The position numbers and the translations under genes were made by a program. From positions 507,042 through 571,041 of the forward strand of contig CAYJKP010000001.1 in the NCBI GenBank assembly GCA_964371245.1: DNA of 64,000 bases, read 5' to 3'. The notes under the pieces are model-generated. The model saw nothing but the letters and a program-made list of their open reading frames with translations. It searched no databases and was not told where the DNA came from. Each line of letters opens with the position of its first letter. Position 1 is the stretch's first letter. Positions 38,264-47,034 of this stretch are shown here, piece by piece. This stretch comes from an uncultured Gammaproteobacteria bacterium. Lineage in GTDB: Bacteria > Patescibacteriota > Patescibacteriia > JAHIZJ01.

Positions 38264-39712
38264 TTATCGTTTTATGATATTGCCCTTATTCGCATCCACC
38301 TCCACTCTGTCACCGTCTTTTAAAACGTGCGTTGCCGTTTGTGTCCCGATAACGCACGGAATGTTCAATTCGCGCGAGATGATCGCCGCATGACAGGTCA
38401 AGCCACCCTCATCGGTCACAATAGCCGCGGCGCGTTTCAATAACGGAACGTATTCCGGCCGGGTCATATGGGCGACGATGATATCGCCGGTTTTAAACTT
38501 TTTAAAATCCGCCTTCGTTTCAACGATTTTTACGCGGCCAATGACTGACCCTGCGTTTGCGATCGTGCCGTGGATAGCCTTTCCCTTATCGCTCTGGGTC
38601 ATGACATGGTACAGCTGCTTTGCTTCGCGTCCGTACAGCCAGCCGCATTTCTGGTCTGCGGTACAGAGGAAGGCACTGAAAGCCAGCCTCTTTTTCAGCG
38701 TCTGTTTTTGCGCCGATGTCAGACGCCAGCCCGTCAGATCGATTGGCGTTACCATGCCGGCTAGCTGCTGAGTAATATGGTTTTCTTTGGCTAACCGTTT
38801 GAGTATTTGGAACAGATGCGCGTTGGTAATATTTGTCGCGTATTTTTTGCGTTCATCGCGCCAGTCGCTCATTTGCCGAAAAAGATAGAAGACGTTGTCT
38901 AATTTCTTTGGTACGTGTTTCGCTTTCAAGATTTTCTGTATCTGCCGACGATTTTTCCTAATTGTACGGTTAATCTTTACCAGTTCAGTCTTCAAGGATT
39001 TCAATTTTTTTACGTCTTTTTGTATTATATGGTAGAAATATCGATCATCTAAAATATGCACATATGCCCAATTATTTTTGTACCAGCTGAATTTTTGACG
39101 ATGTCGTTTTACCCCCTGGGTAATGTCGCGATCAGTTGCCAACCGTTTCACGAGTTGCAGTCGTGATTCCAGTTCCTCCTGGACGAAACTCAATTTTGTC
39201 GGCGCAATCAGTGTTTGAATTTCTTTTGCGGATAAATTGCATTTTGCCAGCGTAATTTCTTGTTGAAGCGCCTTTTCCCCGTCGGGATCAGACCATTCGA
39301 TTAACACGGCGGTGATCCAGTGCGCCAAAACGTTTTTCATATGCCACGCTAAAAAACTCCGCAGCTCTGCGTCAGACCATGATGATATCGGCTTTTGGAA
39401 GCGTCTTTGATATTCGATTAAAACCCGCTGCATCTGTTCGCGCCATAATGCGATCCGGCGATCAATCGTTGCGCTATCCCGTTTTTGCCGTTGTATTACC
39501 TGCCAAAGCAAACGATATTCCTTCTCCCGATCAAAATACGCAATATTACGATCGCCGCATTGAAAATAAATATTTCGGTCATACCCCAATGTTTCATTCA
39601 TCGAGAGATACGGGGTAAAACCGTAGAATAGCCAAATCGCACCGCCTTGTTTATACCAGCGCCGTTTCGTAATTGTCCTGATGTTCGGTTTGATCTTGCT
39701 AATAATCTTCAT
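38264..39712 (-). CDS. Swivel-domain protein C (paralog; unknown N-terminus plus PEP-utilizer His domain)
   Basis: C-terminus TDEGGLTCHAAIISRELNIPCVIGT...KDGDRVEVDA. 482 aa. Confidence 0.6.
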   Translation of the reverse strand: MKIISKIKPNIRTITKRRWYKQGGAIWLFYGFTPYLSMNETLGYDRNIYFQCGDRNIAYFDREKEYRLLWQVIQRQKRDSATIDRRIALWREQMQRVLIEYQRRFQKPISSWSDAELRSFLAWHMKNVLAHWITAVLIEWSDPDGEKALQQEITLAKCNLSAKEIQTLIAPTKLSFVQEELESRLQLVKRLATDRDITQGVKRHRQKFSWYKNNWAYVHILDDRYFYHIIQKDVKKLKSLKTELVKINRTIRKNRRQIQKILKAKHVPKKLDNVFYLFRQMSDWRDERKKYATNITNAHLFQILKRLAKENHITQQLAGMVTPIDLTGWRLTSAQKQTLKKRLAFSAFLCTADQKCGWLYGREAKQLYHVMTQSDKGKAIHGTIANAGSVIGRVKIVETKADFKKFKTGDIIVAHMTRPEYVPLLKRAAAIVTDEGGLTCHAAIISRELNIPCVIGTQTATHVLKDGDRVEVDANKGNIIKR

Positions 39713-40794
39713 ATCTTCCTCACAATCCCCTTAGTAGCATCAACTACCACCCGATCGCCGTCTTTGAAAACCTTTGTGGCGAACTTTGTCCCGACAATGC
39801 CTGGGATGCCAAACTCACGGGTAATAACCGCCGCGTGGCTTAACATACCGCCTCCCTCATCTGTCACCACTGCCTTAACTCGTTTGAAATGCTTGACGTC
39901 ATCCGGCCGAGTCATATTTGTGACGTAGACTGGCCGAGTTGGCCAGCTTTGTCTGTTTAGGTTACACACCACAACGCCGACAATCCTGCCCGGTGAAACT
40001 GGCGTGCCCTGGATTAGTCGGCTGGCCGGTTTCTGAACCTGAAGCTGCCTTCGAACCCGACTGACAACGGCGCTATCGGTTTGAACAACTTCTCGGCTAG
40101 ATGCCCAAAGATAAACATAGCCTTTTCTACGGCGTCGAAGCTCATCCTTTGATACGGTCAGTCGTTTTTGCCGAAGTGTTTGCAATAACTCAGAACGCGT
40201 CATCATTCGACTGAGTGAGATATTGAGTCCGTATTCCGTAAATGCTCTCTGAAGTGCCCGCGTTATTAAGTGCTCGCAACGCGGATAGCTTTTCGCGCTA
40301 GTGTCGCGCTCCTTGCCTAATCTGGACAAATCAATCCGGGGAAAAGGACTTTGTCCAGACTTCGCAAAATCAAGGTATCTCCAAAATAAATTATATGTCC
40401 CGATTCCGCCTAACAGCTTTGGGTAATCCGTGAGAACAAACTGAATGAATTGAACTGGGTCAGTTTTTACGAGGCCTTCATATCTTTTAAGACCCACGGC
40501 AAAATCGTGGCACTGCTGAAACGCCTGACGACGCGTATTTCTAAGCCAGCCGGGTTGATGGGCTAATTTAGACGAAACCTCACGAACAATGTAGTCACTA
40601 TTAACTAATGAATGGAAGCCTCGATTGTTTCCGACGCCACCAAGATGCAAATATGACATCCCGGATATTTGACGAGCATTCGTACAAAATCCCTGAGCAA
40701 TGCAGCTCAGCGATACCAAAGGAAGCGCTCGATATACACCACCCTCCGATCGCAAGCCCATCTTTTCCAATCGTTGAGATAAGTCCAACATCAT
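39709..40794 (-). CDS. Swivel-domain protein D (paralog; unknown N-terminus plus PEP-utilizer His domain)
   Basis: C-terminus TDEGGGMLSHAAVITREFGIPGIVGTKFATKVFKDGDRVVVDATKGIVRKI. ATGA overlaps with both C and E. Confidence 0.55.
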   Translation of the reverse strand: MMLDLSQRLEKMGLRSEGGVYRALPLVSLSCIAQGFCTNARQISGMSYLHLGGVGNNRGFHSLVNSDYIVREVSSKLAHQPGWLRNTRRQAFQQCHDFAVGLKRYEGLVKTDPVQFIQFVLTDYPKLLGGIGTYNLFWRYLDFAKSGQSPFPRIDLSRLGKERDTSAKSYPRCEHLITRALQRAFTEYGLNISLSRMMTRSELLQTLRQKRLTVSKDELRRRRKGYVYLWASSREVVQTDSAVVSRVRRQLQVQKPASRLIQGTPVSPGRIVGVVVCNLNRQSWPTRPVYVTNMTRPDDVKHFKRVKAVVTDEGGGMLSHAAVITREFGIPGIVGTKFATKVFKDGDRVVVDATKGIVRKI

Positions 40795-41876
40795 ATTTTC
40801 CTCACAATCCCCTTGGTCGCATCCACTTCCACCCGATCGCCGTCTTTGAAAACCTTTGTGGCGAACTTTGTCCCGACAATGCACGGTATTTTCAACTCTC
40901 GAGCCACAATCGCCGCATGGCAGGTCAAACCGCCTTCGTCAGTGATGATTGTTTTGGCATTGCGCAGATACTGGGAAAACCGAACCGTCGTCATCGGTGT
41001 TACGATCACGTATCGCCCGCGGATCTTTTTCAGATCTCGCAATGTTCGGACCACCCGGGCAATGCCAATGACGGGCTTTCGCGCGGCGTACGCGGTTTGG
41101 CCATGGAGAGCATCAACATCGTTGCTTTTCCTGCCCGGTACTTCACGCTCGACTTGTTTCTGTATTTGTTTCGCGCGCTGGCCAATAAACAATTGTATTT
41201 TCCCACCGATCGCTTGCAATGCATACAGACGGTACCGTTTTTCAAGTTCTGACGCTGAAACCACTGATCTGTTTCGGCGCAACGACTCAACCAATTCCTG
41301 GCAATTCATAAACATGACTCGCTTTTTTTCTAGCCTCAGCGTAACACCGAGTGACGCCGCAAACGCCGGGATGACAGTATCGTCAATCCAGGTTAATGTC
41401 TTGCCACAATAATCTTTGGTGTAGCCGCAATCAGCGATTGTTGCGCGCGTAAAGGCATGGCGATGCGTATCGACGAGCGTGGGAAAGCGATAAACCGAAT
41501 ACATCTCTCGATAATATTTGTAGAATTCTATCAGTAATTCGCTCAGAACGGTGGTAGCTAGATTTTTTTCAAGCTGCATATAAATACGACGGATCTGACG
41601 GCTGCGTTTCGCAAAAATCCTTCGTATTTTAGAATTCAACTGGTTAATAGTTCTTCCTTGGCACGAGTGGAGGAACCGCAGGAACGAACGCGAATCGCGT
41701 TCCGAAAAATAACTTTTTTCAATATCCTTTTCAGAAATAAAAAGCTGGTCGCGATAGCCCCAGCCGAGCGCTTTCTTCATATCGCGGACATACCCCTCGA
41801 GACCGAGGCTCAGAATGAAATACGGAAAGCCCTCCCGGGTAAAGACGGGGGTCCATTGTATGCTTCTATTTCCCAT
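40791..41876 (-). CDS. Swivel-domain protein E (paralog; unknown N-terminus plus PEP-utilizer His domain)
   Basis: C-terminus [50 protein letters not shown]. Its last ~95 nt are about 90% identical to the gene D 3' end. Confidence 0.6.
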   Translation of the reverse strand: MGNRSIQWTPVFTREGFPYFILSLGLEGYVRDMKKALGWGYRDQLFISEKDIEKSYFSERDSRSFLRFLHSCQGRTINQLNSKIRRIFAKRSRQIRRIYMQLEKNLATTVLSELLIEFYKYYREMYSVYRFPTLVDTHRHAFTRATIADCGYTKDYCGKTLTWIDDTVIPAFAASLGVTLRLEKKRVMFMNCQELVESLRRNRSVVSASELEKRYRLYALQAIGGKIQLFIGQRAKQIQKQVEREVPGRKSNDVDALHGQTAYAARKPVIGIARVVRTLRDLKKIRGRYVIVTPMTTVRFSQYLRNAKTIITDEGGLTCHAAIVARELKIPCIVGTKFATKVFKDGDRVEVDATKGIVRKI

Positions 41877-43290
41877 GCGCCCCGATCCAATTAAATTCCT
41901 CGCCCATCATGTCCATCGGACGTAAGCCAAGGTTTTTCCGTTCAGCCGCAGGAACATAGCTTTCGTAAATTTCGAGGAGGGCGGGCTGAAGCAAATCTTT
42001 ATATTTCATCGCCAGAAGATGCTCGAGATAATCACGCGTCAGGCCGCCGTCATAGATCACGTCAAAGGCGTATTGATTTATAATTGCGTTCTGATCGTCA
42101 CGGGTATAGGTCGCAATCGTGCCGCCGATCAAACCCTTCGTATCAACAGATTGCACGCGCGCACGCTCATCGGGTTCGTCAGCTAAAACGGATAGCCACA
42201 CTTCCTTCATCTTGGTTAAATAATTACATGAGCCGTGACCAACCAGCGGCCGCACGCCCAGCCAAAACGTCAGATAGCCAAAAATGACGAACAAATTCGG
42301 GATGATTGCGCCGTCTGTAAGGCTTTTTATAACTTCGTCTTGATTACGTAAATCAAGCTCAAACTGACCATCGGTCGAACGCAAGAGCGATCCGTGCAGA
42401 AACATGGGCTTGGCCTCGTTTTTCGCATCGCGATACCAAAAGAAGTGGGTGCCCTTACCCTTCGCTTCGTTCCAACAACCGATCAGATCTTCAAAAGCGG
42501 TTAAAATACGAGCGCGAAAATCAGTATTGAAAAGACTGCGACTCAGGCTGTTATCCTCGGTCAATACCGGAGGCAGTAGCGTCCGCATAACATCTTCCTG
42601 GGTAACATACAGTAAGTCGGGTATCGTCTCCCGGATTGACTCGTGAAATAGTTTTTTCCACAAGAATGCGTTGATAATGCCTATTTGGTCGTTGTAGCTT
42701 TTGGCCTGGGAAAAATCCTGTCCGCCTATCTCCTGTTCTATGGCTTTCAAAAAATCCTGTTCCTCGCCGGTAAAATTGTTCCAGCTGTCGGTCTTTCGCA
42801 AATTCTCGGTAAAATTAAAGTCGCGCCGGCCGATAAAACAACTGGCTTGATGCATTTCCTTATTCGAAAAAAGAGGGATGCGTTTGCCGTGAAGCTGAAA
42901 CCCCTTGCGATTGAAAAAATTATTCGGTGGAACGACTGAACTTGTTAGAACGACGATCGGCTGTCGGTCGCCCGTGAGCAGGCGGTGGGCATTAGCGACA
43001 AGATTCGTCGCGAGAAGTATCGGGTGGTTGAGGATGGAATGATGGTCGACAATATTGAGGCTCAGCGGTGGAGTAACGTGTTCCTGGCCCTGAAAAACGC
43101 GCGCGGAGTACTCAGCGATCGTTCGAGCCAAAAACTCTTGGCGTTGCGTATGGACTGGGTCGGCCGTATACGTGTCGAGCTGATGTGAAAACTCAGTAAT
43201 TGTATCGTTGCAGTCGAAATATTCCGCCACCACCGGGGCGTATTTCCGTATCCCGTTTTTCAGTATGTCGACGTTTTTTGAGTCAGGCAT
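41866..43290 (-). CDS. Hypothetical 474-aa protein co-transcribed with the swivel-domain array
   Basis: Long ORF with no recognizable family motif (contains GHGSCNY). Its stop overlaps the gene E start by 11 nt. Confidence 0.45.
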   Translation of the reverse strand: MPDSKNVDILKNGIRKYAPVVAEYFDCNDTITEFSHQLDTYTADPVHTQRQEFLARTIAEYSARVFQGQEHVTPPLSLNIVDHHSILNHPILLATNLVANAHRLLTGDRQPIVVLTSSVVPPNNFFNRKGFQLHGKRIPLFSNKEMHQASCFIGRRDFNFTENLRKTDSWNNFTGEEQDFLKAIEQEIGGQDFSQAKSYNDQIGIINAFLWKKLFHESIRETIPDLLYVTQEDVMRTLLPPVLTEDNSLSRSLFNTDFRARILTAFEDLIGCWNEAKGKGTHFFWYRDAKNEAKPMFLHGSLLRSTDGQFELDLRNQDEVIKSLTDGAIIPNLFVIFGYLTFWLGVRPLVGHGSCNYLTKMKEVWLSVLADEPDERARVQSVDTKGLIGGTIATYTRDDQNAIINQYAFDVIYDGGLTRDYLEHLLAMKYKDLLQPALLEIYESYVPAAERKNLGLRPMDMMGEEFNWIGAHGK

Positions 43291-43295
43291 AGTGA

Positions 43296-43862
43296 CTACT
43301 TCACAAGGTCGCCTACGCCGATGTCCTTCAAGACATCGTCGATCTTTGCGTGTAATTCATCGATCGTGCCGTCATTGACGATATTATAATCCGCCAGCTT
43401 CCGAGCGGCCAAAAGCTGGGCCTGAGATCCCTGGCCGGTAATCTGAAATTCTTCCTGCTTGCAGAATTCCTCATAGGTCATTTTATCTTCGGGCCGGCCT
43501 CGATCTTTGATCCGTTGATAGCGAGTTTCAATCGGCGCATCGACGCTCACTAAAACAAAATCACCGCCTTCTCGTAACGCGGCAATTTCGTCAGGATGAC
43601 GCAAGCTGTCGACAATAACCAATTTCTCGCCTTTTGCCTCAATCTGTTCCAATAAGCGTTTCGGAATAATGCCAGCGCCGAATTGTGAGCGCAGGCTATT
43701 GCCAAGGGTAATAAGATTCTCAATCGTTTTCGGCCGGCCGAGCTTTTCCAGCTCACCGCGCAAATAGTCGGAACACGAATGATAGATGAAACCTTTCGTT
43801 TTCAAATATTCGCCGATTTCACCCTTGCCCGCGCCGAAATAGCCTGTGAGTCCGATAATCAT
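43296..43862 (-). CDS. P-loop nucleotide kinase (dephospho-CoA kinase/dNMP kinase-like)
   Basis: Walker A GLTGYFGAGKGE, about 188 aa. Adjacent to the dCMP deaminase gene. Confidence 0.5.
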   Translation of the reverse strand: MIIGLTGYFGAGKGEIGEYLKTKGFIYHSCSDYLRGELEKLGRPKTIENLITLGNSLRSQFGAGIIPKRLLEQIEAKGEKLVIVDSLRHPDEIAALREGGDFVLVSVDAPIETRYQRIKDRGRPEDKMTYEEFCKQEEFQITGQGSQAQLLAARKLADYNIVNDGTIDELHAKIDDVLKDIGVGDLVK

Positions 43863-43864
43863 GG

Positions 43865-44398
43865 CTAGGTATTCTTAATAACAACGTCGCCTTCAGCCGC
43901 TTTTTTCTCCTCGATTTCATCGGCAAACATTTTCCTCACTTCGGAATTCCAATCCTTGTTGTCAGCATAAAGGTCAACCTGCAAACCCGCTTCGCGGAGA
44001 TAGTCCGGCGCTTTTGAATTCCGGTATATTTTGGCATAGACAACGCGTTTCACCCCAGCGGCCACCACATATTTGCAACAATGGATGCACGGAATATATT
44101 TGGTATAGAGCGTTGATCCGTCCGTGCTCGCGCCCGGAATGACCGCCGCTTGAAGAATCGCATTATGCTCGCCGTGGATCGTTCGGACGCAGTGACCCTC
44201 TTCCATCATATGACCGACGTCGTCGCAGTGCGGCAAACCCGGCGGCGATCCATTGTACCCGGTGGAAATAATGCGGTTATCCTTGACCAGGACGGCGCCG
44301 GCGCGTAGCCGATCGCAGGTTGAACGCGACGCCACCACTCGGGCAATGGCCATGAAATAGTCGTCCCAGCCAGGACGATAATTTTCTTTGTTGGTCAT
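43865..44398 (-). CDS. dCMP deaminase (ComEB-like cytidine/deoxycytidylate deaminase)
   Basis: Zinc motifs HGEHNAI (HAE-type) and PCIHCCKYV (PCxxC). Confidence 0.8.
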   Translation of the reverse strand: MTNKENYRPGWDDYFMAIARVVASRSTCDRLRAGAVLVKDNRIISTGYNGSPPGLPHCDDVGHMMEEGHCVRTIHGEHNAILQAAVIPGASTDGSTLYTKYIPCIHCCKYVVAAGVKRVVYAKIYRNSKAPDYLREAGLQVDLYADNKDWNSEVRKMFADEIEEKKAAEGDVVIKNT

Positions 44399-44410
44399 GG
44401 GAAAGAGTAT

Positions 44411-45091
44411 TTACAGATTAATACGAAGACCTGGACCCATGGTCGAAGTCAGGGTAATACTCCGAATGAAGACGCCCTTTGAAGTGTCTGGTTTGGCACG
44501 TTTAATCGCTTCAATAAACGCCCGGATATTCGCTTCGAGCACGCTTGGTTCAAAAGACGCCTTTCCGATAATCTGATGGATATTGCCGGTATCGTCAGTG
44601 CGATATGCAATCTTGCCGCCCTGGAGATCTTTCAGCGTTTTCACGACATCGGGTGTAACCGTTTCGTTCTTCGGGTTTGGCATTAATCCCTTGGTACCGA
44701 GGATTTTTGCGATCGGACCAAGCTGACGCATCATTTCTGGTGTCGCCAGAGCGAGATCAAAATCAGTTTTTTCGGTTGTTTTTATCTCTTTGATGAGCTC
44801 GGCTCCGCCTGCCAACGCAGCTCCGGCGGCGAGCGCTTTTTTCTGATCGGCTTCATTAGCAAAAACAGCGATCCGAAGAGTTCGGCCGGTCGGATGCGGC
44901 AGCACGGTCGTCGACCGTATTTGCTGATCGGCTTTTTTCGGATCAATACCAAGATGCAGATGGACCTCAATTGACTCGTCAAATTTCGCCGTTGCGCTTT
45001 TCTTGACAAGTCCGATCGCCTCAGCGATGGCATAGTTTTTTTTCGGTTCTATCCCCTCACCGACTGCGCGATACCGTTTACTTCGGCTCAT
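44411..45091 (-). CDS. rplA: 50S ribosomal protein L1
   Basis: 226 aa, L1 signature, follows rplK. Confidence 0.9.
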   Translation of the reverse strand: MSRSKRYRAVGEGIEPKKNYAIAEAIGLVKKSATAKFDESIEVHLHLGIDPKKADQQIRSTTVLPHPTGRTLRIAVFANEADQKKALAAGAALAGGAELIKEIKTTEKTDFDLALATPEMMRQLGPIAKILGTKGLMPNPKNETVTPDVVKTLKDLQGGKIAYRTDDTGNIHQIIGKASFEPSVLEANIRAFIEAIKRAKPDTSKGVFIRSITLTSTMGPGLRINL

Positions 45092-45174
45092 GTTTCTTCT
45101 CCTTCGTGGTCCAGGCGACGGTGTCGTCCTGACCCGTCTCCCACAATGATGAGATATTAGATATGTATCTGACG

Positions 45175-45603
45175 TTATTTATCTTCAACCGTAATGCCCA
45201 TATTCCGGGCCGTCCCTTCAATGATCCGCATCGCTCCACCAATGTCTTTCGCATTTAAATCGGCCATTTTTCGTTCAGCAATTTCTTTGATTTGGGCTTT
45301 TGTCACCGTGCCGACCTTCGTGCGCAAGGGATCGCCTGATCCTTTTTCGATCTTGGCGGCTTTCTTGAGCAGGACCGAGGCCGGTGGCGTCTTCAATATA
45401 AAGGCGTACGTTCGATCTTCATAGACGGTTAATTCTACCGGGATAATATCACCGCCGAGGCCTTTTGTTCGATCGTTAAATTTTGAACAAAAATCCTGGA
45501 TGTTCAACCCATGCTGACCAAGGGCCGGACCGATCGGCGGCGCGGGCGTGGCTTTCCCAGCGGTTATTTGAAGTTTGATGACGGTCTTAATTTTTTTTGC
45601 CAT
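45175..45603 (-). CDS. rplK: 50S ribosomal protein L11
   Basis: 142 aa; N-terminus [29 protein letters not shown]. Confidence 0.9.
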   Translation of the reverse strand: MAKKIKTVIKLQITAGKATPAPPIGPALGQHGLNIQDFCSKFNDRTKGLGGDIIPVELTVYEDRTYAFILKTPPASVLLKKAAKIEKGSGDPLRTKVGTVTKAQIKEIAERKMADLNAKDIGGAMRIIEGTARNMGITVEDK

Positions 45604-45618
45604 AAGAGGTGTGTCGCG

Positions 45619-46164
45619 TTAGATTTTTTTGATCTGGAGAAAATCAAGTTCAACCGGAGTCTCGCGGCCAAACATCGAAACGAGTATTTTGACCTTCCCG
45701 CGAGCCTCATCGATTTCACTGACCCGTCCCTCGAAATCCTTAAACGGTCCATCGATGATTCGTACGGGTGTATTGAGACTAACGTCAATCTTGTATTTCG
45801 GTTCTTCGACGCCCATCCGCTTCTGGAGTGATTTCACCTCTTCATCGGATATCGGCGTCGGGGTTGTGCCGGAGCCGACGAAACCAGTCACGTTCGGCGT
45901 ATTCCGAACAACGTACCAGGAATCATCTGTTACAATCATTTCGACCAGCACATAGCCAGGGAATATCTTTTCGGTGACGATCTTCCGTTTCCCGTTTCTA
46001 ATCTTGATCTTTTTTTCCGTCGGTATGAGCACGTTATAGATTTTGTCTTCCATGTCCATCGACTCAATCCGTTGCTTCAAATTACGGGAAACGTTTTCTT
46101 CATACCCGGAATAGGTATGGAGGACGTACCAGCGTCGGCCCTGGGCACCAGTTTGTTTCGGCAT
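45619..46164 (-). CDS. nusG: Transcription termination/antitermination factor NusG
   Basis: NGN domain (WYVLHTYSGYEE) and KOW domain; 181 aa. Confidence 0.9.
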   Translation of the reverse strand: MPKQTGAQGRRWYVLHTYSGYEENVSRNLKQRIESMDMEDKIYNVLIPTEKKIKIRNGKRKIVTEKIFPGYVLVEMIVTDDSWYVVRNTPNVTGFVGSGTTPTPISDEEVKSLQKRMGVEEPKYKIDVSLNTPVRIIDGPFKDFEGRVSEIDEARGKVKILVSMFGRETPVELDFLQIKKI

Positions 46165-46179
46165 AGGATAATACGAAAA

Positions 46180-46377
46180 TTATTTCTGAATAATGCGTTG
46201 CAGTCCAAAATTGAGGATGTAATCCATCAGCCCGAGAAACAACGCCACGCCCAAGCTGATACCAATCACCAACAGGGTGTTGCGAACCGTTTCCTGCCGG
46301 GTTGGCCAGACGACCTTTTTAAGCTCGTCTTTGGACTCTTTGAGATACCGGGTAAGCCGGTTGTTTGCGAAATCCAT
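46180..46377 (-). CDS. secE: Preprotein translocase subunit SecE
   Basis: 65 aa with a single C-terminal TM helix. Canonical position upstream of nusG. Confidence 0.8.
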   Translation of the reverse strand: MDFANNRLTRYLKESKDELKKVVWPTRQETVRNTLLVIGISLGVALFLGLMDYILNFGLQRIIQK

Positions 46378-46431
46378 GGATAATACGTGGTTTTTAAAAT
46401 CCGCTGCGGGGCGGATAATTGATCTATCCCC

Positions 46432-46460
46432 AGTATATAATAGGTTTATTAACTTGGCAA
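46432..46460 (-). promoter_or_regulatory. Sigma70-like promoter TTGCCA-17-TATACT (minus strand) for secE-nusG-rplKA and downstream genes
   Basis: Reverse complement shows TTGCCA, a 17-nt spacer and TATACT, about 55 nt upstream of the secE ATG. Confidence 0.45.
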
Positions 46461-46488
46461 GTGCGTACGAAACGGGGTTAATTCCCCA

Positions 46489-47031
46489 TTACCAGCGGGT
46501 ATCCTTTATTTTCAAATAATACCCGATGTGGTTGGCAATGATATGCAAGGCAAACCCCACAATAACCGACATAATAATGATCTGAACGGTCAGCTGGACA
46601 AATAGACACGCGAAGATAAGGCCGCCGATGATATAGTCAATCTGGTCAAAGGGCAGCCAGCGCGCACCCGGCGCCAGACGAAAACGGCGCTTGAAAAACG
46701 CACGAACCAGATCACCAAACAAAGCGCCAAATCCAATCACAAAGCCATAGTATGACGGAATGTCAGGATAATTAAAAAAACTCAAATACTGAAACGAAGG
46801 AATGGCATAAACCGCTTGTTGCAGTATAAAAACGCCGCCCCCGGACAACGTGCCGATCAAAAAGCCGCGCCACGTCTTGTGTTCACCGAAGAGCGGCTGG
46901 CCTAATAATTTTTTCCCGCCGTCTACCGGCCGCGCCAAAACCTGCCATTGTTTTTTAACGATTGAGGCGCTGACGTTGGCCACGCCCATTGGCGCGATAA
47001 ACCAGAAGCATTGGAGAATAAATTGGACCAT
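46489..47031 (-). CDS. CTP-transferase-like integral membrane protein (CarS/DUF46-like, CdsA-related)
   Basis: 180 aa, polytopic. C-terminal block GDLVRAFFKRRFRLAPGARWLPFDQIDYIIGG resembles the CarS/CdsA cytidylyltransferase motif. Confidence 0.5.
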   Translation of the reverse strand: MVQFILQCFWFIAPMGVANVSASIVKKQWQVLARPVDGGKKLLGQPLFGEHKTWRGFLIGTLSGGGVFILQQAVYAIPSFQYLSFFNYPDIPSYYGFVIGFGALFGDLVRAFFKRRFRLAPGARWLPFDQIDYIIGGLIFACLFVQLTVQIIIMSVIVGFALHIIANHIGYYLKIKDTRW

Positions 47032-47034
47032 AGT

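Noticed and set aside
36035-41412. Plus-strand ORFs antisense to the swivel-domain paralogs (e.g. 36779-37201, 40608-41252, 40813-41412)
   Set aside because: They are embedded antisense in genes with a strongly conserved C-terminal domain and have no RBS. I treat them as spurious.
46378-46488. Possible tRNA-Trp upstream of secE, a common arrangement elsewhere
   Set aside because: No T-loop (GTTCRANYC) or cloverleaf could be found on either strand. The region instead contains a good TTGCCA-17-TATACT promoter.
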